Shown here: positions 1-13,600 of the stretch, in pieces | Position numbering within the stretch: the first letter of the stretch is position 1 | Layout of the letters: each line of letters opens with the position of its first letter | Assembly: GCA_964035545.1 (NCBI GenBank) | Contig: OZ037765.1 | Location: 3,730,698-3,794,697 of the forward strand | Direction: 5' to 3' | Length of the DNA stretch: 64,000 bases | DNA from: Bugula neritina | Lineage: Eukaryota > Animalia > Bryozoa | Notes under the pieces: generated by a model | Told to the model about the DNA's origin: nothing | The model's input: only the letters and a program-made list of their open reading frames with translations | The model's database searches: none | Made by a program: the position numbers and the translations under genes

Positions 1-69
1 GCTTTCTTTTAAACTGTGATCCTTCCCTAATGAATATGATGGATTGTATAAATAAATACACCAACTGAC

Positions 70-3000
70 CAGAGCTAGTTTCAGGACAGACAGGATCTGT
101 AGAGGACTGGTGGCTGAAACTAACTGCTGCAACTTAAAGCTCTCCGTGTTATTCTCTCTTTCAACTTCCTCCTACCAATAGATATTACCATTCAGTAGGA
201 GTGACAACTCCAACATTGAATATAAACTTTCAGTATTCCTGTGCAGTATTGGAGGGATAAGCTTGGCATAGATTTGTGACGTTAGCAGATTAACATTAAA
301 CACGCAAAATACCCTATTGCCTATTTATTAGCCTGCTGTTGATTTCATAACCTGCTGCCTATTTATTAGCCTGCTGTTGATTTCATAATAATTTAATTTT
401 AGGATAACTAAAATAGTCCTTTTGAAAATATTAATCTGTGAAAATATGTTGTAAACTTTAAAAACTCAACATTTAAAGTACAAACAGTGATTTCTAACAG
501 ATGAACCTCTAAACATAAACAATATCACCGGAAAGAAGCTGACAACAACTAATATAGAGATTTCAAGCCAACCTGCATCACCATACACTGAGACTTGTAT
601 TTAGAGCTGCCTCCTGATTGGCTGGTTTTGACATGAGGAAACACATGACTGAAGGTTTGATGGTGTATATAACTACAAGCAACAGAATATTTGTGCTAAC
701 TAAACACTATAGTAATTATAGGCAAGACAAAGGTGCATTTAATTCACACAACATGAGTTACTGACACACTGATACGAGTTACGAGTTTAGATCTACCTAA
801 GGAGTGCCGCGTGCATCTGTTTATGTCCGGCTGCTGGAAAATAGCCTGAGTATCTGTTAGCCATAGCCTCTAGTTTCAACGCAGCATCCGGTAGAAATGA
901 GGGTAGCACGAGGTACGTTGCCTTAAACTGCTGGATATCTTTATTAACCGACTCCAACTTCTACAAAATTGCATGATACAAACTAAACACCAACTCTCAT
1001 GAGAGAGATATGACATAAGAATAACAATGTTACAGTATGAAAGACCTTTTGCTGTACCTTGAAACTGTTGGATACTAAAACTTGCTTCATATCTTCTACA
1101 CTCGTCTCTGTAATGTCTATTCTATGCACCTGAACAGTTTGAGGGATTGAAGATATCGGCACCTATAAAGTATAAAAGGAATACATACTCGGCTTAAATA
1201 TGTTAAATATGTTATAATAAATTTATCAGTGAAAATGTCTAAATCAGATTTGTACCTCTCTTAGATTCCTAAAAAGGTGAACGCTATGTATTAAGATTTT
1301 AAATGATATTTACTTCACATAAATGTTTTTACTATGTATAAATACTTCATTAGAATATCACTACGTGCCCAAGCTTCGCATCATGCAAATAGATTTTTTC
1401 TTTAATGTTTGAAAACAGTTGCCATTGAATGAAACCCCAATCACAAAATTCATCAGTACAAGCATCCATTTGCATAATGTGAAGTAGTGGGAAACACAGC
1501 GTATATTCAACAATAGTCTGTTACCAGCAAGAGAGAGATCACTAGTATTAGCAAAGACTGGTGAGTAGAGAGAGACATTACCTCATGTTTGAGTACATTG
1601 AGTGGGCCTATCAATGAGCAACACGTTGTATTTAGCTCCCTGTAACACACAAGGTGTATAGTATGCACATAGTGAAGGCAAATAGACATGAGTTAGAGAC
1701 TGTATATAACTTGCTAGGTTACTTGAGTAGGTCTAGGAGAAATGAGTAGTTCAATCAAAATGAATAAATCTATATAGGTTGAGGTTATAGTAGTAGTCAA
1801 AGTGAATCAAATCAAGTTCAACTGTTGGTGTGAAACACATGGTGACTAAACTGTTCTTAAAAAATAATCTTTATGAACGCCTTTGATTATTTATTTCGAG
1901 CTAAATAATAAAAAACTTGCTACTGTATCAATGCTGAGAGACAAAAATATCACCACAATGCAATCTGACTCTACACACACAACTACCCACCTGCATGTAT
2001 GCCATCTCACTGTAGAGAATATGAACTGTATTCTCTTGTCCTGAAACACCCAAATGAATATTCAATCAATATCTTAAACACATTTAATTTAAAGCAAGAA
2101 TAACCGTATATGCTCATAGCGGAAAGACCACAAAGCTTTTACTATACCATAAACTGATTCGAGTAAAAATTCAATTACAGCCATATATTACTCACTAAAG
2201 AATATGAATAAACTATTTACGGCTTTCTGGCTAAATTTAAACATTTAATTTTGCATACTTTACTTTTAAAAAAACATTATTTAATAAAAAAAGCTATATA
2301 TTAAAATCAGATTGCAAATGCTAATTAATAAAATTATGCATTGAATTTTATAAAAAGAAATTCAAACCTACAACCAAGAAATATGCAGTTTAAACTTAAC
2401 TCATCACACATGCATACAGATTTCAATAACCGTTTGCAAAACCAACATTTCAGCTGTCAGCTTTGCATATTATACTTATAGTAAATACATTTCCAAGGTT
2501 GGCAATGCCTGTCAAGATATAGAAGAGCTAATATAGTATCTACTTGGTCTCACCAGCCAGGCTGACTAGCCATGAATACAGATAATTACTTACTAAGAGT
2601 ATTTACTATATAATCACCTGCATAGACTGCTGTTAGCGAGTAGTTGTGTTCATCCCAGCTGACAGTTTGATGCTCTCCATTGACATTAGACCAGACAGTT
2701 ACATACTGACTGGAAGAGAAAACCAACATATAGACAAGTAAACAACAGAGCGTAGCATCTTTAAGTTGTATTACAATATGTAGTTCAAATAGCTGATAAA
2801 TATTCTTTTTCAAAAAGGTATTAATGAGTACAGAGTTAATGTGAACGAAAATGAAAATGAGTTCATACAAGAAAGATCATGAAAAGTAAAACATTCAAAG
2901 AATTTGTAACAAAATATTCATCTTACAAAGCAATAGAGAAATGCATCTTTGATTATTAATTATTCACCATTACTTTTATCATGCCAATTCTTCCTTTGCA

Positions 3001-4211
3001 TATGTATTGCTAGTATTGTGATATTTTGATCGTAAATTTATAATCTTTAAGCAGTTTTATTTATCACAAATCTATGTTTGTAGTGTACACAACTCCAACT
3101 ACTAAATATAGTTGTAGCTAGAAGGTTAATAAAAGTGCCCAATTGGGTATCATACTTTTCCAATAATTTAATAGTTGGATAACGCATGCTCAAATGGATT
3201 TAAACTAACAAAGCTCTTTAGTAGTAAACTTACCCCTTGTAGAGGCGGGATGGTTTTAGTATATGCAACTCTACAAATGGTAAACCAGAGCAGTGTAGAA
3301 ATATGATAATATAAATAAAATAAAAACAAAGAAACCAGAATGAGGAATCAAATAGCAGAATGTTATAAAACATTGTATTTGTCTCAAGTAAATGTGAATA
3401 AACTAGAAGTTACTGTATGTCGAGAAATACAGCTAATATATTTAAAAACTACCAAAATGCTCTTTGGTATAAATAAACAGTAGTACCATAGCTTTTTCAA
3501 GCCAATGCATCACTTGGCAATGCAGGTTAAAACCCCACAGTAAAGCAGCTATTTCCAAATCAATTTTTATCCTGAATGTACAAAAATAGCTTCAGAGCTA
3601 TAAACTATAGAATGTTAATTTTTAGTGGCAGACTAAAACAATTATGAATGCTATAACTATTCTGGTATGTGCAGAGTATATGTGGTTAGGGAGTACAGAC
3701 CTAGAAACCTAGCTGTAGACGAAGACACTGGCAGCGTGCTAGTAGAGGGCACACAGAGTATGCTGCCGTTAGATAGAACCTGCTGTAAATACGTCTGCTT
3801 GTCCTAGAATACAAATGTGAAACATTTACAACTGTCTTGCAATTGAAAATTTATTCTTATTTTATTATATTTTGTATGCTAATACAATATACACATAAAC
3901 CCTGAAAAATATCTAAAAAAATGAATTAAATGGCAACATAAGTGTTCAGATATCTACAATCTATTTTTAGAAAACAGACCCAAGTGTTTATAATTAAATA
4001 AACTAATCAGTACAAAAACTAAAAAACACAAGCGAGATACACATAGTATACACTTTGCAACATTTTTTAATTAGCTAAACAAATTTAGAATTTTTATTTC
4101 ATTTTCAGTACAATAAAAATATTGAGTTAAAACCAGAATAAAATTACCGTATAATCATACCAATGCAAAGTTGTAGAAAGGGTTAACCTCTAGTTCATCT
4201 GCTAACGACAT
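70..4211 (-). CDS. ANKRD27/VARP-like VPS9-domain protein, 5' part (continues beyond window start); exons 4161-4211, 3701-3803, 3234-3270, 2618-2709, 1991-2040, 1582-1639, 1058-1162, 797-960, 573-648, 70-171
   Basis: Ten GT-AG exons with compatible phases give MSLADELEVNPFYNFAL-DKQTYLQQVLSNGSILCVPSTSTLP...LELHILKPSRLYKGQYVTV...VHILYSEMAYMQGAKYNVLLIDRP...FKATYLVLPSFLPDAA...FKLQQLVSATSPLQILSVLKLAL. From memory this parallels the VARP N-terminus (NPFY; IVLVP; ILFEE..Y....ILCIAHPL) and the start of its VPS9 domain (L.QL..CTSPQQKL). One extra base in exon 1582-1639 breaks the frame. Orthology versus paralogy to ANKRD27 is not established. Confidence 0.8.
318..388. repeat. Direct duplication, 33-bp unit, 38-bp period (intronic)
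   Basis: tgcctatttattagcctgctgttgatttcataa at 318-350 and 356-388. Confidence 0.9.
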
Positions 4212-5499
4212 CTTCACTGCCAGTTCTATTCACATCTTAGATATATAATGGCTATCTGTGTAGAACTAAAGTCGGGCTAGGTGAGAAAGGTGAGATGCAA
4301 TGCGAGTCTGCTAGTTTATGGTAACCACCTGTTATTATTCAATAGCACTTCATATCTATGTGAAGCTCAATCTACATATCTGATTAGGTCAACCTTAATG
4401 TTTGAAATTGCCTAAAATATTAGATTATAACAGAAATTTAATGTAGAGCTGCCTAACAAAGTTAAAATAGAAATAAAAAAATTGAAACAACCTTAAAATC
4501 CTAGGAATAGACATTGCTGCAGGTCTAGATATTACATAGTAGTTATGAAAGTTATCTATGAACTCAAGTTAATGGTTCAGTTTAGTTATTATAATATGCT
4601 TACTTGCTAACGCCGGTTACTAGCAATGAGTTGTACATAAGTACTATAGCTGAAACTACAATAAATTCATCAACTATACTATAATTTAAGTGATTATTAG
4701 TATTTAAAAATATTCTTAAATAAATGATAGTGACTAAATTAACTGAAATGAAGTAGAAATATAAACCAGAAAAATCTATAAAATACTCATCACCTTCAGC
4801 ATAACATAAAATATACAAATATTTATAAACCTATATAATGTATATATACGTATACGTATACAAAGGATCACATATTGATCATCATAACATGAGTAATGAG
4901 TATGATTTGCTAACACATCATTGTTCGTGTGAACAAGGAAACACGAAATTTCAGCAAATTTCAATTTAATTTCTCCTTACACTGCCTAGAATATCCCCCC
5001 CCCCCCCCCCCCCCCGTCTGTAAACAGTTATACTCAGCGCACCACAGTACAGTATACAAATGATGTTATAAGAGATAAGCAGTGTTGTTTTCCTGTAGCC
5101 AACTAGTCCGGCTTATCACTATTAGTCACTGAACATTTCATTTGCTGTTATTGGTCTATGATGTCCTATTGTTCAGTCTAAATCATATCCTGTTATTGCA
5201 ACCATTAAGGTTGTGACTATAAATAATACATAATGATTATTCTGCTCATAAGGAAAATAACAATTATGATAATAAATAGTTATTTCAGAATTATCTGATG
5301 CTGCTGTGAAACTTTGGCTCAGAAGAAGCATCAAAATGAGAATCAACTTCTAGTTAAAAAAGCCCTGAACTCAAGTTTAAGATTTTCATGCAGCTAAGCT
5401 TGGCCCTGAAAATTTTAAACTTAAGACAAAATTGACAACCATTATTATTGTTGAAAGTCAAATTAGAAGAGTAACTAACTGTGTAAAAATAACATAATT

Positions 5500-6330
5500 A
5501 AGTTTAACTACTAGCAATAATATAAATATAAATAATTATTATAGAATCATTTCTATTCAGTGGTAATGGATGACTGGTATAATCATAATGACAATCTCTA
5601 CAATAATAAAAGATAAGAATAATATGAATATCAATATGCCTAGCCCTATAGTAACTATGTGATTAAATCATTTATAAAAATGACAAATAAATAAATGGCC
5701 ATTAAATATTTATATTATAAATATATGTCATTATAACTATAAGTTATAAAGTGTAAGTTATGATAACTGAAAGTAAATCATGATTATCAAATTAAACCCA
5801 TCACTAAAAATATCATAACAGTTAGCTATCATAATGATAATCATAAAATTAAATTATAATGACTATAAGTATAACTATAAGTATAATAATAATAAATTAA
5901 TTTACTACCAGTATCTTACTGCTACTAGTACTGCTAGTACGCAACTAGTAGTATAAGTATTACTCTTAGTAGTAGTATAAGTATAACTATAAGTATCTAG
6001 GTATTATAAATATAATTATAAGTGTATAACTATAAGCATAAAATTAGTATCATTATTATAATGATGATTATAATATACTTATAGTACGATTATGATACTA
6101 TGATACTATTACTATTAGTATTACTATTAGTAATAGTAATACTATTAGTATTATTATATGAAAACTAAAAGTAAAAGTAAAAGTAAAGTTGATATAAATA
6201 CTAACTCTAAGAGTAACTGTAAATCTAATACTATTAGTAATAGTAAGACTTATTGATATTTACGATGATATTCTAATTCATGTTGATAATGAATATGATA
6301 CAATCATTATCATACATTGAATTTGATAAA
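5500..6330. repeat. Degenerate AT-rich low-complexity tract (TAA/TAG/TAC-like and tataag/tataac motifs)
   Basis: Visible runs such as ataactataagtataactataagt, tactattagtattactattag and aaaagtaaaagtaaaagt; no ORF. Boundaries approximate. Confidence 0.75.
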
Positions 6331-7467
6331 TTGATGACTGACGAGCAAGATTTAATAATTTATTTGAACTAAAAGGGAAACTAAATGATGTTAAATTTAA
6401 CAATAAGTTGATTTTTACACTAAGCTTCATCATTTCTACTTGAGTTTATCATTTTTAATACCGAAGTTAATGCTGAACATGTTGAAAGTTCAGAATAATA
6501 CTTTATTCTTATACTACCATTATGATTCTATTTCACTTGGACTTGAAAGCATGCATTTGTAGAATGTAAACTACAGGATTGAAAATGAATCGGCCTTGAG
6601 GTCAAAGGTGAAGATCGTAGTAGGAACACAGAGTTATGTTACCCATAGAAATTTCTCGCCATGTGACTATCTCGTGGTCGAAAGCGTCTGCTCCGGGTCA
6701 AAATATATGATTATTATACCACAGAGTGCAAAAACTACATCAAAGTTAAAATAGAATTACTCACACATTATGCCTAAAATTGCATTAGCAGCATCGGAAT
6801 ATTATCAGTGCCTAAATTATATAGCAACATTATAGCTATTTGCTATTTACTACAGCTGATTTGCAATCCCAACTCTAGTTTACATATAGTCATGAACATA
6901 AACAGCTACACCCAGAAATTACTAGATGTTTCAGACATGTATTATGACAAAGCAGTAAATCAAATTTTTAACTTTTTGTAAAACTAGTCATAAGATGAAC
7001 CAAATATTAATAATATTTGTGAGATAATATAATTAATTATGATACATCATTTGAAGCTTCCAGAGTAGCTTAATGTTTCCCACAGATCTGTTTATAAATA
7101 TGCTGTTATAGTAATGAAAACAATGACTGCTTCCAAACTTTTATTAGAACACATATAAACTATTCCATAAAATCTTTAGCCTATGCAATTTATAACATAT
7201 ATAAACATAATATTGACATTATATTTTGTAAAAAGAAGGTTTGTTTTAAAGAAACTCCTGTGGTGTGATATTTGTTTATATAAATAAACAAGCTATTTAC
7301 AAAACATAGTAAAAATATCAGCTCTCTTCAAAAGTGGGCTCAATTCAACAATGATCTTTCAGGTAAAATATAGTAGCTAAAATATTGTGAACAATTCGAT
7401 TTCAATATTTCAATTAACCTTATATTTTAGCACCAATTTGTTGCATGCAAAACACCTACCAGTTAAT

Positions 7468-7667
7468 TCATAATTGATTGTGTTTCTCTTTGCTTTCTGC
7501 TACATCCTGTTTCGATACAGGGAGTAAATAACCTTCTGCATCACATGATTGGCTGGCTTGTTGACCTCTGACATTGACAACTGAGTCATATTTGTGCTCA
7601 TCTTTTTTAGTAGTGTTTAGCTCCGTATATAAGGTTGATGAGACAACTTGGTCTTCTGGTGTTTGCA
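7468..7667 (-). CDS. IgSF receptor last exon: third YTEL-x9-YDSV cassette plus GYLLP motif and stop
   Basis: Acceptor tttcaaaag; MQTPEDQVVSSTLYTELNTTKKDEHKYDSVVNV...EGYLLPV...HNQL*. Confidence 0.85.
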
Positions 7668-10600
7668 CTTTTGAAACAGAAGAAAATGATTGTATACAGC
7701 AATTGGTTGAATTTTAGGCACAAATTATTATAACTAACATGACATAATTACAGATCTTAAAATATTGCCAAAGGCATTGAAAAAGCAAACTTAACTAAGA
7801 CGAGTTAGAGTACACCATTATGAATCATTGAACATGAAATGAAGGCTTACTTTTCGATCTTTTAACATTGCTGACAGAATCATATTTATGTTCCTCATTG
7901 TTGATGACTGAGAGCTCTGTATATGCTGCCGGGTCAGCATAAGCCTTTGATGTACCTGTGAATAGAATACAAAATTGTCAGTAGATTAGAATTCAGATTG
8001 ATCACAGCAGAAACATTCTGTAAAACATGAGATAAGTTCTCTAGAATTTTCTTAATTGTAATGCATTTATACCTACCTATATGTTCATAATAATAATAGA
8101 ATACTACTATACTATAAGATTATACATTGATTTGTGATATTGTGGGTTAATGTTGAATGCTATCATGTACTATTGACACACTCCAATTAGTGCCAACAAA
8201 CGATGGCTACAATAACTATCATACTCAGCCATGTTTATTTCTATCCACATTTTGGAGCACTTGAGAGGGCCTACTGTTACTTCTATAGTTAACCATAGTT
8301 GAAGGAACAAGGCATAGCTATAACTAAGATGTAAAACTATTTACTTCTGATGAGAAAAATTGAACTCACTTGCTGCCTGCTGTTTCATATCACCCACTGA
8401 GTCATAGCAGTGTTCATCTCTTCTAACAGCTGACAGTTCTGTGTAGGTGAGAGAACTGGACTGAGCTGGAAGTTTAAGCTGATTTCCTGGACAGAAAGCA
8501 TTGACTTTTTTATAATACTAAATTAACTGTAATAAAGTACATATATTATATTAAAAGATTTATAAGTCATTGTAATGAAAAATATTGGTATATTTTTTTC
8601 ATTTTGGGTTGCTTGCAGCTCTGATTAGTTTTGAGCCCTATTTAAACAAAACTCTACTCAACAATATAAATAGCAACTATTTCAAATTAGTATTATTTTT
8701 ATTCTATTAAGCTTATTTGTTATATTATAGTATTTATGTGGAAAAACAACGTACTTCTGATCTTCAAAACATAAAATGCAAGGGCAGCATTCAAAATCAG
8801 TAAAATACAGCCTCCGGCCACGCCCCCTCCCACAGCAGCCATGTTGGTAGATTTAGAAGAGCAGAGGGTAGACAACTCTGGTATTGTGGCATAACGACTC
8901 CATGTTATATTCCATGTAACTGTCACATTTTTTACTGCAGAAATATTATGAAAACCAAGTGTTTTATGACAAAAGTGTATTACTAGGGCAATATTACAAA
9001 AATTTTGAACAGAAAAAAGCTTTAGTGTGTCATCACATAAATAACTTCAAACCAAAGAAAAAATCAAAAAGTTCTACATAGTTGATAAAGTATTACATAA
9101 AACAAGTTTAATTACTCATATTAAAATTGATTGCAGATACCTCTATTACAATTAACATAGAGCTATACAAAGTCAGAAATTCATTTACATAAATCTAATA
9201 AGTGCATTTACTATAGTTTGAAAAAATGCTTTCACTTTTTTTAGCATTTTATACTAAATATGTTACTAACCTATTCCATTACCAGCTAGACAGCTTACTA
9301 CCTCTTTGTTACCATCCGCTAAAGAACTTAAAATCAACTCTTCTGATTTCTCTGGAGCCATGATTCCTTGTCTCATCCATGAGAATGTAGTAAGGGGTGG
9401 GTTGGAGACCAACCGTTGAGAACAGTTTAGCTTATTTATAGACATATAAGGGTTGAACTCTTTTACGATTGGTTCATTAAATCCTGACTTGACATCAATA
9501 TCTGTTAAATATAGATTTATGTCTGTTGCACTCTTTTATAAAACATAACATCATGTATTTTGTAATTGTAAATTTGAAACTATAATGAAATGATATATCA
9601 AGCAAACTTACACTTGGGTTTTCCACTCACTGACTTGTATGTATTTCCTCCCTTCCAATGAATGTGCATTCTATCAATACATAAAATACTCAGCCCTTCT
9701 CTGTCTGCTTTAGTAGGAGTGTATGTAGTGCCTGTAAATACCTGGTTTATATCTGCAACAGAAATATACATATGATAACAGGTATATGCTTATACATGTC
9801 TGACACTCAAATACAGAATCAACCTACAGAAATTGTAAGAGACAGCATTTTGATATTTATGACAACCAATTATCCTAGTATTTAAAGTAATTCATATTTT
9901 ATGCATGTGCGACTGCATGCATTGGTGTATATATATGGTTATATATGGTATATATAGGTTAAGGTATATACAGACGCGCACACAAACAGAGACATACACA
10001 TGCATAGGTTAACGTACTGTATATATAGGTCAAAATGCTGTATATATAGGTCAACATACTGTATATATAGGTCAACATGCTGTATATATAGGTCAACATG
10101 CTGTATATATAGGTCAACACACTGCATGTATAGGTCAACATACTGTATATATAGGTCAACATACTGTATATATAGGTCAACATACTGTATATATAGGTCA
10201 ACGTACTGTATATATAGGTCAACGTACTGTATATATATGAAGACTTTGGACTGGCATCTGTCGAGTTACAATTAAATTTAAATTCTTCCCCTTCTATGAA
10301 ATCTTCCGGGACATTCAGAGATATGCTGGAGGGAGCAACTAAAAGTTTACAAAACTGGTTGTATAGTTTAACAAAGTTTGTGAAACAGTAAAAGTGCAAA
10401 GATTCAAAAATCTAATTAAGTCAAAAGTTTTGCGATAACATTTATTACAAGAAGGATATTAAAATTTTGATCATAAAATCAAATAGGTAAAATTTCTATG
10501 TGACAGAGTGCAAAAAGATATTAAAGTTTATAGCATACATATATAACGTCTGATTCATGCTTTACCCAACCCATGAATTTTGCAGCACTGTTTTAAAGCA

Positions 10601-13600
10601 ACCAAAATTAGCAAAAACTCTTTATCTTAATATTATATAACATAATGAATACCTTTTACTTGTGTAAGCTGCAGGACTGAGGAATTCAAGTTCCCTGATT
10701 GTCTGTCGTTCACTTCACAATGAAACTCTCCTCTCTTGCGTATATCTGTTATATTTACTTCTACATTTAGGAGGAAGTTATCTCTCCTGGTAGCAGACAT
10801 TAAGCTACTCAGAGCGGGTCTAGAAATTCTCATACCAACCAGACCTTCAGTTTGCTGAGGTAGTATTATCCAGGTGTGTCTAGGTCTTTGTTTTCCTATT
10901 TTATAGACTGTGGTCCCACTATTATACTGCAGATGTACTTGAGTTACATGGAAGAATCCTAAGACTGTACATCTGAAGGCAATCAGGTCATGTTGATAGA
11001 AATCTGGACTCCCTTGCGAAACTGTGTTGATAAGAAGGGCTACAAAATGCAATACAGAATTTTAAAAGATACTACTTTTAGCTACACCACAAACTAAAAC
11101 TTGCACTAATCTGTAATGTGCTTGTACCATCAACCAAGTTAGCTTAATCTAATTACCTGCTAATAAAATTATCGTAGTAGGAGTGGTGCAGTAAGATAGA
11201 GCGAGTGTCAGAAAATGTGGTGGTGCGTTTTAATGCAAACTATGTTTGGTGAAAATATTATTTTTGTCTATAATATAATTTTGACACAATTTATTTATTG
11301 ATCTGCTATTAATAATAAGATGACTATATATTTGGTAGTGATTTAGTAGGATAGAGGAACTAGCTGTAGGAGGAGAAGGTAGAATTATATGATAGTGGTA
11401 AGGTTTCCAAACATTGATTTGTTGTGATTCCAAGAATAGCCTAAAGCAAAAGATTAAGGCAAGTCATAATCAGAATTAGAACTAAAGTTATATACCAAGT
11501 AATACGAATTCTTTCACTAACTTTTTACTGAGAAATAAAAATCATTTTTGAATTAAAAATTGTATTAATTAATGCATTACAAAAAAAAATTAATATTATT
11601 GCAACATATTTCAAAACTTTTTGAAATAATTTAATCATAACTGTGAAGAACTAGTTTACTTACTTAGTGGGATCTTGGTGACTGATTTGTTAGTGTGACC
11701 CCCTCTCCAGTATTGGTGGTTAAGATCATAACAGGATAGATTTAAACCTTCCCTGTGGCTTTCATTTGATGTGAGTTTTGATTCTTCCACCACAATGCTA
11801 TTGACTCCTTTAAAAAAGAATGTATATTGACTAAATAATATATACAATGTATTTCATTTATTTTGCTTAACAAGAATGCAAACCAAACACCAATTGTAGA
11901 CTACTTACAACTTGTTGACTAAAATAGTATTTAAAACACTTGAATTTTGTTAATAAACTTTATTTAAAGCTTGTTTTTAAAAAAATTATCCTACACTTCT
12001 AGTCATACTTCATTTGTTACTTTTTTATTTAATTTATTTATTCTAGCAGCTGTTGTATATAAATTCAATAACAGCATCCAGTATTGGGACATATAAATGC
12101 CACTTGATATGTTAGCTGCTTTGTAAGTAGTATGATGTGTTTTGTATATCAATTTCCTTAGTAGATAAATTGTACAACAATCCAGAGGTAATGTTGTATC
12201 ACATGAAGTACAACAGCAGTGAAATCATTTTGAAAATAGTTACATGATCTGGTACAAATAGGTGGCATTTTATTAAATATACAAGAATTTAAACTTAAAT
12301 TGCATTAGTCCACACTATAACATCAATGTTTTTGATTTTAACCTGCAGCATTAGCAATGACTGATATAACTTTATAATCAAAGATATCTTCACTAGACAC
12401 TTACTGTATTCATAGACTGACTTTGGGCTGGCATCTTTAGAAGTGCAATAAAACTCAAACTCTTGTCCTTCTATAATATGTGTTGGTGTGTTTAGAGTTA
12501 TTTCTGTAGGGGCCTCTAGAATGTAAAAGGGGATATTCACATCAGCTACTTTTTCATCTCCACATTCTGTTTCATCACTAAATTGCTACAGATGCTACTC
12601 TCAACATGCTCCTAAATTACTTGGTGGTTGATCAAAAAGACTTATCACTAAATTTATTACTCGGTCAGCGTGAACTGTTTTTTAACACACACACACATAT
12701 TATGGCAAAAGCTTTTATGCAACGAATTAAATTTGTAGGTGATTGATTTTAAAATAAACATCTTAGTAGTATATAGTATATAGTATTTAACTCAATTTTT
12801 CCAAAAGCTTTTGAGGTACTGTCTAATGACTAGTATTCCAATATAATTTGTAACTTTATATAATATGTTTATGTATGTAAATAACTAAAATGGCGCATAG
12901 CAAGTTATTGTAATGACATAACATATTATTTGCTATTTAAACACGTGACATGAATAGCAGAAGATGCATGATTTAAATGAATGAGCATAAAGATATATTT
13001 TGAGCTGAATCGAAAACATACTCTGACACAAAATGCTTAAAACAGCAACCTATTTCACACAGTTAATCAACATATAATATATATATAACTACAAAATAAT
13101 TACAGTTTAAACTTGGGTCTGAGCCAGAAAAATAATGCAAAGTTAGATCAAATTATATTAAAGAACAGTGAATTATAGAAGACAATGGCGGATGAAACCA
13201 GAGTAGCAGATGATGAGTGTAAGACATAGAGAGTAGTAGTAGTAGGTTTAGAGATGGATGACGTGGGACTCGAAGAATTATCTAAAATAAAAGTTTAAAG
13301 CATCTAGTCACAACTTTAAAACTCAATAGAGCAAGACAAACTGTAGCAAAATCTGAAACTTTTAGCACACTTTTTAAATTACTTATAAGTACCTACTCTC
13401 TGTAACAGTGTAACTAATTCACGCGTGGTCTCAGTGACCACGATGTTGCCTAAAGTATTGTTTAGCGAAACATATTGAAATTTTCTATTTTAGACACTAA
13501 AAACATCTAAAAACTAGCTATTTAACCACATGCAGTTTAGGTTAATAACTTAAATTTGACCACTACAATGACTGCAAATTGGGTAAACTTGTACAAACCA

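Noticed and set aside
61-250. LINE C-terminal remnant at the window start
   Set aside because: Better explained as exon 70-171 of the VPS9-domain gene (open frame, canonical splice sites, VPS9-like motif).
6580-6705. Locally CpG-richer patch with a gaggtcaaaggtga direct-repeat-like motif as promoter of the VARP-like gene
   Set aside because: Position is plausible but there is no transcription-start evidence, and such short motifs occur by chance.
9939-10275. ORFs 9939-10127 (-) and 10000-10275 (+) with repeated VDLYIQH / CIYRST peptides
   Set aside because: Alternative-frame translations of the 21-bp minisatellite.
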